Origin: Squalus acanthias | Taxonomy: Eukaryota | Assembly (NCBI GenBank): GCA_030390025.1 | Contig: CM059432.1 | Coordinates: forward strand, 22,818,001 to 22,882,000 | Direction: 5' to 3' | Length of the DNA: 64,000 nucleotides | Shown: piece after piece, positions 32,801 to 43,756 of the stretch | Layout of the letters: each line of letters opens with the position of its first letter | Position numbering within the stretch: position 1 is the stretch's first letter | Notes under the pieces: model-generated | Told to the model about the DNA's origin: nothing | What the model saw: the letters and a program-made list of their open reading frames with translations, nothing else | Databases searched by the model: none | Program-made: the position numbers and the translations under genes

Positions 32801-35800
32801 TTCAGACATTAGGACAGGTGACCGAAAGCTTGGTCAAAGATGTAGATTTTAAGCACAGTTTTAAAGGCAGAGAGAAAGGTGGAGAGGCAGGGAGGTTTAA
32901 TGAGGGAATTTCAGAGTTTAGGGCCTAGACGACTGGAGGCCACTCATCAATAGTGGGGCAATGGAAGTGGAGGATGCACAAGAGGCCAGAATTGAAGGAA
33001 CACAGAGTTCTCGGTGGGTTGTTGGGCTGGAGGAGATTACAGAGATAGGAAGGAGCAATGCCATGGAGAGATTTAAACACAAGGATAAGAATTTTAAAAT
33101 CAAGACATTGATGGACCAGGAGTCAATGTAGGTCAGTGAGCACAGGGATGATGGGTGAACGGGACTTGGTGCGAGTTAGGATACTATCGTTTGACTAGAA
33201 ACTGGAGGGTAAACGTACTCTACCAATTGTCAGGGATGCAAGATCCACCAATAGGAGTGACATGTAACACGGAACCTGAGAGACTATTTACTGTTGACCC
33301 ATGAGTTTGCAACATAGGAACATATAAAGGAACAGCCCCTCGAACATGTTCCGCAATTTGATCATGGCTAATCTGTATCTTAACTCCATCGAATGGAGTA
33401 ATGCAATTTTTTCGATGGAAGCATTCAAATAGATTTTATTTTTAAACTAAATTAAAGGAATCTCACTCCAAATAATTGGGATTTTACTCACTGCTACAAT
33501 CTATTCTTACTGTATAAAATTCATGTTACTGATACAGTACCCACCTCTTGTGGACTATAATGGTGCTAACACGATTTGCCCATGATATGTGTTGGATGGT
33601 TTAAAGGGGTATCACTGTAACTATTCAACAAGACTATAGAAAATCATTATTGAAGCTGTAACCCCACACCTCTTAGAGGCGATTAAGTACACAAGGTAAT
33701 TGGGCCTTATCGAGGTGCCATTTACTTATTGAACATGTTTGTTATTGCAGGCAGTGCTGAGTAGTGCAAGCTGTAACACGACACTAGATAGAGGTGATTA
33801 AGTATACAAGGGAATTGCACCTTAACGAGATGTGAACTACTGAGTGAACACCTGTTTCTGCCCAAAATACTTGGAGCGTTTAACACGCTGTAAGCGGCAA
33901 CTTTGTAAACGACTGTAAGGGAAATGGAAAATGGTTAGCAATTTTTGCCAATTCAATTGATTGCCCGATTTAAATGTTTAAGTGATGGAGATTGATGGAG
34001 ACTGTATAACATTCAAATGGATGATCCCCAAGTAAATGTTTAACAATCCTGCCACCATGTGGTTCTTGACCTGGAGTTATATTAATGGAGAACATTAATG
34101 GCAGCAGGGAAGATTGTGCCCCTGCAGATGTATGGAGCATCTAAAACAATGTTACTTAGACTATTAGTATTTCTCATTCAATTTGCTGTTTACTATAAAT
34201 AGATAATTCCTGAGATCAAAAGAGGACAATTGTTGTTAGGTCAATTAGAAGCTAATTTCTGCTGGTGATTCTCTATTTTTAAAGATGCTACTTATTCGTC
34301 GATATGTTCTCTATCTGTCGAATTGTGATTTGTTGCTGTTTTATGACTAGGAGCCTTGACCCAATCAAGTGCAAATGTGACATACACTTCCAAGTGCAAC
34401 ACTATGAGGTGTGACAGATGTGTGCTAGATGTATATAGATAGATATAGTGATCCAACTGTGGAGTTCTGCACGACACGACCAATGCTGAGTAATGAGAAA
34501 CCACTAACATAGATCACTTTTTTAACCAGGCTATTGTTTAATTTCTGATTTCCCCGTTTGTCCCAAGGGTATTTACTTCTAAGTCACCTGTGAGGCACAT
34601 TATCAAACGTTTTCCAAAATATATGATTTTTTTTTTAGTCATATATAGTCATATAGATGACTAGTGAAAAGTCTGTAGTGCAGGACAGCATCAAGATTAA
34701 AATGTGTAGGGGAGAAGATGAGCCATGAATGTCTATTGGGCCTAGAATTCCAAAACAACAACAACAACAACTTGTATTTATAAAGCGCCTTTAACGTCAT
34801 TAAACGTCCCAAGGCACTTCACAGGAGTGTATAAAACACCTAGCCACATAAGGACAACGTTTCTAACGTTCTATCTCCTACACTTTACTCTCATCCTCTC
34901 CTAAAAGCACTGACTCATGCTAAGTATGATTCCACAGGTCCACTGGCCATCCTGTTGCAGATCATTTAAGTGGCCATTTCTCGTATGTGAGTTCGGATCA
35001 TTTTGACTGTAAGGACCATTGATTCTGTCCTCATCTGACTGTCCACCAGATGTAATCAAGAGCAGGAACCCTATCTAATGTTTTTACCTCTCTAGCCCAG
35101 GGCACTGAAACGAATTGTAGGATCCATTTTATATTAAGTAATCTGTTGTGGGTTAAGCCTTCTTGTCTGGTATGACTTCAGAAACCTGCGCACTTTGGTC
35201 CCGAAGAAGTCCTAAATTATACTGTTAGCTCTGCATACACTTAACATTCTTCTTCAACTCATACCATATGTCAACCAACAGAAGATGAATGTCATCATGG
35301 AACACCTCACAGGAATGAGTGGCTGTAAGACCTGTAAAGTAACACATGCAGAGAGTGATGAAGAGGTGTAGGAGTTCTTTCCTGAACTTCAGTAACACAC
35401 AGATTATCTGTCTAATTGTGATTTTTCTTCCATCCAAACCAAATACAGCTTTATTTGTTGGAAAAAAAACTTTATTCTTATTTAATTCACAGTGGCTGCA
35501 TGCAGTTTAATTGCACGCTGTCACATAGCATCACTGCATCTTTACCTGCTGTAAGCTCTCCAACAAACCCCTGAATTTCATTAGAAACCATACAACAGCT
35601 GTTTTCATGATGTCTGGTTATTATTCCCTTGACACGATATGTTGAATGAGTGGCGTTACATTGCATGTTGCTACTTCCTGAGAGTGGCATTGACCAAGCG
35701 ATCTGAGTTATACTATTGGCTCCATGACATTCTCTGGTCAGAGAAAAAGAACTTTAAACATATGTGATTACCCAAATGTGTAGAGCTTCACTCACTGTTG

Positions 35801-35938
35801 TCTGGGTGGTAGCTTAAATTTTAACATTTAGTAAAAACTGATGGACCAATTACAGAGCGTGACTCATTGAGGCATTAAGATAGTGTCATAAACCATCTTA
35901 TTACTATCTACACAATCTTCCTTCTCCCTATATTCTCA

Positions 35939-36783
35939 GGGGGAAAAATTCAGTTGGTTGCGCCTCCCGTTAGCGCCTTAAGAGGGCGCTAATGGGGCGC
36001 AAAGCAACTAGCGCCCGGGCGCGGCGATGTTTGCGCCGCTTGCGAAATTAACAAGACATTTTGCGGCGGCGCTAAACACTACCGCCACGATCTCCTGCGC
36101 TGGTAGATCGTGACGTCATATTGAGTGGCGCCCCCTGCCTTACTGCCTGCCGCTAGCAACGACAGGTTGAGGGGAACGTTTTGCAGTCAGGAAGGGACTG
36201 GGGGAGCGCTATTTAAAGGCGACCGCTTCCTGCCTTTTATTGTTGGTCACATTTTTGAACCACGCTTTCTGAGAGAGAGAGAGAGAGAGACTTCTGGAGA
36301 GATTCAACGCTGTGTGAAGGAGTTTTGGGTACTGAGCAGCACTTTGCAGGTTCATTTTGATTTGCCCTTCCTTGTATCGATTTAGAAGAGACTCTGGGGG
36401 CTGCACTCTGAGCTCTTTCCCTGGTACTCTCCATTGTTCTTTCCAGCAGATTTGATGTGCAGGTCTCTCCAGGCCGAGATTCAAGGCTGCAATGAGCAGG
36501 ATGTGGATGGAAAGCAAGATCAACCCTCCCCTTTAAGAACTGGCCCGCGCCATTGTGTGTGTGTTCCATTGCTGACTGACATCACATGAGCTTCGCCAGC
36601 ACTCTGAGGTAGCGCCTCGCTCCTCGGCCTTTGCGCCTTAAGCGCCTGATTTAGCACTCCAATCACCTCCAGGGGTGATAAAAGTCAAGTTTGCAGTCGG
36701 TGGCGATAATTAGCGCCAGGCGCTAATCTTTGCGCCCGGCCGATAATTGCGCCCCAAATGGGGCGATACTGAATTTCTCCCCC
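35939..36783. mobile_element. Non-autonomous deletion derivative (845 bp) related to the intact Harbinger
   Basis: TIR GGGGGAAAAATTCAGT / ACTGAATTTCTCCCCC and TCA TSD. Left ~380 bp and right ~330 bp are colinear with 16976-17410 and 20930-21284. Confidence 0.93.
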
Positions 36784-36828
36784 TCATTGTTTTAAAATTA
36801 AGACTCACTTTAATTTCCTACTATAACT

Positions 36829-38026
36829 TAGAATCATAGAATCATAGAATGACACAACACCGAACGAGACCATTTGGTCCATTAGGCCTGTGCCGGCTCT
36901 TTGGTAAAGCTATTCAATTAGTCCCACCCCATTGCTCTTTCCCCATAGCCCTGTAATTTTTTTCCATTCTAGTACTTATCCAATTCCCCTTTGAAAGTTA
37001 CTATTGAATCTGCTTCCACCACCCTTTCAGGCAATGGATTCCAGATCACAACAACTCGCTGTGTAAAAAATGTTTTCCTCATGTCGCTTCTGATTCTTTT
37101 GCCAATTACCCTAAATCTGGTTACTGATCCTTCTGCCACTGGAAACAGTTTCTCCTTATTTACTCTATCAAAACTGTTCATGAATTTGAGCACCTCTATC
37201 AAATCTCCTCTTAACATTCTCTGCTCTAAGGAGAACAACCCCAGCTTCTCCAGTCTCGCCACATAACTGAAGTCCCTCATCGCTAGTACCATTCTAGTAA
37301 ATCTCTTCTGCATCCTTTCTTGACATCTTTCCAAAGGTGTGGTTCCCAGAATTGGCCACAATACTCCAGCTGGAGCCTAACCGGCATTTTATAAAGATTT
37401 AGCATAACTTCCTGGCTTTTGTACTCTATGCCTGTATTTATAAAGCCGAAGATCCCGTGTGCCTTTTTAACAGACTTTTCAACTTGTCCTGCCACCTTCA
37501 AAGACTTGTGTACGTACACCTCTAGGTCTCTCTGTTCCTGCATCGTCTTTAAAATTGTACCATTTAGTTTATATTTCCTCTCCTCATTCTTCCTACCAAA
37601 ATTATTCACTTCACACTTCTCTGCGTTAAATTTCATCTGCGTTTCATATGTGTCTGCCCATTTCACCAGCCTGTCTATATGCTCCTGATGTCTGTTAATA
37701 TCATCCTCATTGTTTATTACATTTCAGCATTTCGTATCATCAGCAAACTTTGAAATTATGCCCTATATACTCAAGTCCAGGTCATTAATATATATCAAAA
37801 AGAGAAGTGGTTCTAATACCAACCTCTGGGGAACACCATTGTATACCTGTTCACCACTACTCTCTGCCTTCTGTCCCTTAGCCAATTTCATATCCACGCT
37901 GCCACTGTCCATTTAATCTCATTGGCTTTAATTTTGCTAATAAGTCTATTATGTGGTACTTTGTCAAACACCAATTGAAAGTCCACGTATGCAACATCAG
38001 CTGTACTCCCTTCATCAACCCTCTTC
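36829..38026 (-). mobile_element. CR1 LINE 3' part, decayed
   Basis: (tagaatca)n tail; FDKVPHNRL, MKFNAEKCEV and LFSLEQRMLRGDLIEV motifs. Confidence 0.88.
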
Positions 38027-38572
38027 GATATTTTATTTTTTTCCAGGCCCTCACAAGTGTGGAATTTTTTTAAATCTTCCTCTGTTTCCTTTTCTCCTAC
38101 AATCCATGATTTTTTAAAAGCCAAATTTGGCAACACCTAATCACTAGTTTTTCTCATCTTCTCTCCTCTTTTGAATTTTGATGCTGTCCTGCACTACAAA
38201 CTTGACCTTTCACTTGGTCATCTCAATCATTCTAAAAAAAACTCCATACAATACCATTGAGCCATCTAGGCAGCGATAAGCTCAAAATAAATTTGAGGTA
38301 ATACATTTTGGTAGGAAGAATAGGGAGGTCACTTATCACTTGGAGGGTGCGAGTCTAGGTGGGGTAGAGGAACAAAGGGATCTCGGAGTACAAATACACA
38401 AATCACTAAAAGTTGCGCCACAGGTTTAGCAAGACCATAAAGAAAAGCAAACCAAGCACTAGGGTTTATTTCTAGAGGGATAGAATTGAAAAGTAGGGAA
38501 GTTATGCTAAACCTGTATTGAAATGAGAAGTCGCACAACACCAGGTTATAGTCCAACAGATTTATTTAAAAT

Positions 38573-38608
38573 TACAAGCTTTCGGAGCTATCGCCCCTTC
38601 TTCAGGTA
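38573..38608 (-). ncRNA. Minimal hammerhead ribozyme motif
   Basis: UAC-CUGAAGA-A-GGGGC-GAUA-GCUCC-GAAAGCUU-GUA. Confidence 0.7.
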
Positions 38609-39249
38609 CAGTTACAATGAGTGAATCTACAAAAGTTCACAGAATATAAACACAGAAAATGCAGAGATACAATCTTTCCTTACATCAAAGACACACCAAG
38701 AGCACAGCCAAGACAATGAGATGTGTCCCAGGGGGTCCAACGTGTCAAATCCTGCTGTCTGTAGCCGATCTCTCTCCATATCCCTTCCTCTCTCTCCGTC
38801 TTTTTTGGGGTTTGTTTTTTGGGTTTGTTTTTTTGTGTTTGTTTTTTAAAAACTGGAAAGACAGACAACGATGTCAAGTCACGTTCTGTAGCGTGACATG
38901 AACCCGATATCCCTATTGAGGCCGTCCTCATAAGGGATATCAATAGGGATATCGGGTTCATGTCACGCTACAGAACGTGACTTGACATCGTTGTCTGTCT
39001 TTCCGGTTTTAAAAAACAAACACAAAAAAACAAACACAAAAAACAAACCCCAAAAAAGACGGAGAGAGAGGAAGGGATATGGAGAGAGATCTGCTACAGA
39101 CAGCAGGATTTGACACGTTGGACCCCCTGGGATACATCTCATTGTCTTGGCTGTGCTCTTGGTGTGTCTTTGATGTAAGGAAAGATTGTATCTCTGCATT
39201 TTCTGTGTTTATATTCTGTGAACTTTTGTAGATTCACTCATTGTAACTG

Positions 39250-39285
39250 TACCTGAAGAAGGGGCGATAGCTCCGAAAGCTTGTA
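39250..39285 (+). ncRNA. Minimal hammerhead ribozyme motif
   Basis: tac-ctgaaga-a-ggggc-gata-gctcc-gaaagctt-gta. Confidence 0.7.
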
Positions 39286-40120
39286 ATTTTAAATAAATCT
39301 GTTGGACTATAACCTGGTGTTGTGCGACTTTCTCATTTTTGTCCACCCCAGTCCAACGCCAGGCATCTCCGCATCAAAACCTGTATTGAACCTTGGTTAG
39401 ACCACACTTAGAGTACTGCGTGCAGTTCTGGTTGCCATATTATAAAAAGGATATAAAGGCACTGGAGAGGGTGCAGAGAAGATTTACAAGGATGATACCA
39501 GAAATGCGAGGGTATACATATCAGGAAAGGATGAACAGGCTGGGTCTCTTTTCTCTTGAAAAAAGAAGGTTGAGGGGTGACCTAATAGAGGTCTTTAAAA
39601 TTATGATAGGTTTTGACAGAGTGGATACAGAGAGAATGTTACCACTTGTGGGGAAGAGCATGACTAGAGGCCATCAATATAAGATAGTCACCAAGAAATC
39701 CAACAGGAAATTCAGAAGAAACTTCTTCACCCAAAGAGTAGTGAGAATGTGAAACTCACTACCACAGGGAGTGGTTGAAGCGAATAGTATCGATGCATTT
39801 AAGGGGAGGCTGGACAAGCATATGAGGGAGAGGGGAATAGAGGGTTATGCTGATAGATTTAGATGAGGAAAGACGGGAGGAGGCTCGAGTGGAGCATAAA
39901 CGCCAGCATGGACTGGTGGGCCGAATGGCCTGTTTCTGTGCCTTATAGCCTATGTAATCCTATGTAATCATATCAATATTTATGTTTAATATAAGGATTT
40001 ATGATTCTGCATTCCCAGCAGGAAGCTGCATTCAAAACAGTGAGAGAAATGGCACTACACTGTTGTAGCCCTATCTCTAGTCCACATTCCATCTGAGCAT
40101 GGCTCCCTGTTAGAATTTAA

Positions 40121-41779
40121 GGCCGAAGTTTTGTGGGGGGTCAGCAGGCGCGATCGGTGGCGGGTCAGGTGGGAAAGTGTTTCTTTTTCACAGCAGGTCG
40201 GGACCCCGCTGTGAACCCACCTGCCACGCGCCTTTCCCAATGTCAGGTCTGTCAGCGCTGAGCAGATCTGACACGCAGTGGCGGGGGGATCAATTCAGAT
40301 AATTAGTGGTTTGTTTCGAGCCACTTAAGAATGATTTTCAGCTCACCTTTTGTATTTGATAGCTTGCCCATGGGGTCCACGCTGGTCATGGACCATGTTT
40401 GTCAAGCTGAGGCTGGAGTTCAGTGGCCATTGAATCAGCTGTTGAGTTGACAGCTTCAAATATACTGTAAATTTCCCTCAGCCACAAATCTTCCTCATTG
40501 CATTTCCACAATACATTCGCCAAACTGCAAGTCTTTACACAAGTCTCCATCCAGTCTGACCTCATTACCTCTCCCACCATTGACAGATCGCTTCTGTCAT
40601 CTCTACTTCACCTGCCATCTATTCCATCAGCATGGGTGCCCTTTATACTCTCTCACCTTGGTCCTCAGAATCCCACCATGATCAGCCCCAACACCAGCAA
40701 CACCAGGTACACCAGCAGCACCAACAACAACACCAACCTTCTCCGCAATCAACTGATGCTGCACAGGACACAGGGCATCAGCACCCAACCACATTGCTGC
40801 CTGGGACGCCAGGGATGGCCTCACAACGGCCAGATTTACTTCATTTGATGATGTACACCCTGGCTGCCACATGATGTGCCAGTTGGTACCACCCCACACC
40901 AACACCATAAAGCATCCCTATAATGCCCAAGCCATTTGCTTCACATTCTTGACCATTGCAGGGGGTACCGTTATGTCTCACCATTCACTGCAACTCACTA
41001 AGTCACTTCCAAAGGTGCATACAAATCTGTCCAAGAACAGAAAGTGTTGAAAATAAAGGTTTCAATGATTGACAGCACATTAACAGAAACTTTACATGAA
41101 CAGTGCCTACCCTTGTGTGTTGTTAGATGGTATGGTTGGACTAGGATGAGGGTGAGTGTGAGGGGTGGCTAGTGAGATGGGGATGTGATAATATAGATAG
41201 AGAGGGATGGGTGGAAGTCCAAGATAAGTTAATGTGAGTAAGGATGTGCAAGAGTAGGATAGGGAAGTAGGGAAGGCAGCGTGATGGAATATGATGAGAG
41301 GCACAGCAGGATGAGGTTCAATGTGGCTTTGCACGAACGTTTTGTGTTCTACTGAGATCATTGAAACATTTGCGGCACTGCACCCAAGTCCTCCTGACCA
41401 CATCCCTGCTTGTGCCCTCCTGTGCAATGTGCACCCAGGCTGTGTTGATCTCCTAGAGAGGTCTCTTCCACCTGGTGCAGCCCTGTGCCTTTGTGCAGTG
41501 CTTGTCAGTGTTTGCAGCACCTTAATGCTGTAGAACACTGACAGCACAAATATCAAAATAAATTTTGACATAGTCCCTTTAAGTAAACCGTCTGATGACA
41601 CGTCATCAAATGACGTCACCAGACCCGCTTCCTCTAATTGGCCGGGAAACGCGCTGGGCGGGCTTACAAGCCCAATCAACGGGGTGATTTCACAGAGCGG
41701 GATGGAGCCAGCAGCGGGGTCAGGACCCGCCACCAACGTCGCCCGCCACGGACCCGCTGAGGTCAGCAAAGTCGCGGCC
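40121..41779. mobile_element. Non-autonomous Harbinger derivative (family B) with a Myb/SANT remnant
   Basis: Ends GGCCGAAGTTTTG / CAAAGTCGCGGCC. Minus strand ~41333-41440 translates AWVHIAQEGTSRDVVRRTWVQCRKCFNDLSR. The TSD is not clean. Confidence 0.7.
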
Positions 41780-41979
41780 ACAGAATCATGTAGCACAGAA
41801 GGATGCCATCCAGCGATCGTGCCTGTGTCAGCTCTTTGAAATAGCTATCCAATTAATCCCAATCCTCTATTTTTTCCCATCGTCCTGCAATTTTTTTCCT
41901 TTTCAACTGTATATCCAATTTCATTTTGAAAGTCATTGAATCTGCTTCCGCCACCCTTTCAGGCAGTGTATTCTAGATC

Positions 41980-42630
41980 AGTAAGATTTTTCCAGAGTTC
42001 TTAGACAAGACACAAAAATAGGCAGCAGCAATGATGTTCGGGTAATAGATCAAGAGTTTATTAAGCTTACAGCGTAATATACTTAACAACAGGCGATAGT
42101 TCAAGGAGTAGCTCGCAGCCCTTGGTCTCTGGAGCCTCCCGGACACAGGTGATGTCGTCTTCAGTCTGTTCTCTCGCAGTAGATCTGTGTCGAGTTCCCC
42201 TTTGTGTGTCAGGTTTTTATCCCTCTTCTTATCCAAAGTTTACTCAATCAATGTCCATATATGGTTTTTAACAAGATCACTTCATTTAATTGGTTTTAAA
42301 GGTCAAGATGCCATTGTCACTCAAGTTAAGGATAGCATCTTGACTCCTCCCGGCCAAGCACTTTTAACAACAGTTCTACCATTGTTCACCGTTATCAGAC
42401 ATTCAACCTTCAGCCATATAGTTACATGTCCATCTGTTATCAGAACCAGTCTTGGCTGTCCTTGCAGTTGCAGTTTGAGCAAACCTCAGCATTTTATGCA
42501 CAAGTCACTACAAGTCATTCTTAGAAGTTGGTTATAGATATTTGGTTAATGGGAAGTTTACTATTCTACACTCACACTTATACTTATACATGTTATTACT
42601 AAAAACATCCAAGTATCAGTCTTTCGCACA
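41980..42630 (-). mobile_element. Probable solo LTR (651 bp) inside a CR1 tail fragment
   Basis: AGATC 5-bp duplication (41975-41979 and 42631-42635), termini AG(TAAG)...CA (TG presumably mutated), minus-strand CCAAT, TATA-like and AATAAA elements in LTR order. Confidence 0.6.
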
Positions 42631-42739
42631 AGATCATAACTTGCTGATAAATCATCAGCTGCTGCTGTAGGAGTAACAGAAGCTTTCAAACTTCTGCACT
42701 GCTACAGGAAACAGTGCTGTCTTTGTTGGCACAGGCTAC

Positions 42740-43165
42740 AATAACAACTTGCACTTATATAGCGCCTTTCACGTATTAAACCGTCCCAAGGCACTTCACA
42801 GGAGCGTTATCGCACAAAATTTGACACCGAGCCACATTGGAGATCTTAGACAGGTGACCAAAAACTTGGTCAAAAGGTAGTAGGTTTTGAGGAGGGTCCT
42901 AAAGGAGTATTTAGGGAGAGAATTCCAGAGCTTAGGGCCTTGTCAGCTGAAGGCACAGCCGCCAATGGTGCAGCAATGAAAACTGGGGCTTCGCAAGTGG
43001 ACAAATTTGGAGGAGTGCAGAGATCTCGGCGGGCTGGAGGAGATTACAGAGAAAGGGAGAGGTGAGGCCATGGAGGGATTTGAAAACAAGGATGATAATT
43101 TTAAAATCGAGACATTGCCAGACCGGAGCCAATGCAGGTCAGCGAGCACAGGGGTGATGGGTTGC
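42740..43165 (-). mobile_element. L2 LINE 3' fragment
   Basis: PITPVLADLHWL..DFKIIILVFKSLHGL..IGGCAFS and caacttgca tail. Confidence 0.8.
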
Positions 43166-43756
43166 CAGTTCTCTTGGTGAGAAATAAGCATTGTGTTGTT
43201 TACTTTGGCACTTTGTCGTCGGTGGTGCCAAGAAAATGGGACTCAAAATGGGGTGTTTGCAATAAGAATTTAAATCTATTTTGAAACACTTTGAATAAGA
43301 TAAGGTTAAAGGTATACATTCTGTGAATATGATAATAAACTAATTGCGAAAATTGTTAGCTGGGAGGCACATCATTCTGTGCATAAAGTTTTACTAGGCA
43401 ATTTAGCTTGCAACATCGAAAAATTTACTTGCGCTGTTTGTCTGTGCAAGGTCATAAATGTGCCATGTAATTGCTTCTCTCTTTTAAGGAGATTACAATT
43501 TGTATTTAGATTGTCACTCTTGCTCATTTTACATTTTGTCCTCATTAAAATAAAGATTGACTCACTATTGACTCATCGATCTCAATAAGTACTTGATGTT
43601 CAGACATGACAAGCAAATTGCGTAAGGACTAGAAAATGTAAAAGTAGAGATATCATGGCAACCTATCTTCGCACTACCCACTGTTGATCAAGTCATAGCT
43701 CCATTTGGAGGATGACTATTGATTTTCCAATTGGGTATGATCATACGAAAGCCAAA

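Larger units (their letters stand above)
38523..39376. mobile_element. Penelope fold-back element: ~400-bp near-perfect inverted repeat plus tail
   Basis: Arms ~38523-38919 and 38940-39337 with a 20-bp loop. The centre encodes the ORF end (EDGLNRDIGFMSRYRT). 14-bp TSD AAACCTGTATTGAA (38509-38522 and 39377-39390). Confidence 0.92.
38296..39968 (+). mobile_element. CR1 3' part interrupted by a Penelope fold-back
   Basis: VRPHLEYCVQFWLPYYKKDIKALERVQRRFTRMIP motif and (cctatgtaat) tail. Confidence 0.88.

Noticed and set aside
38659..39199. Pair of near-identical 80-aa ORFs on opposite strands
   Set aside because: They result from the inverted repeat of a Penelope 3'UTR.
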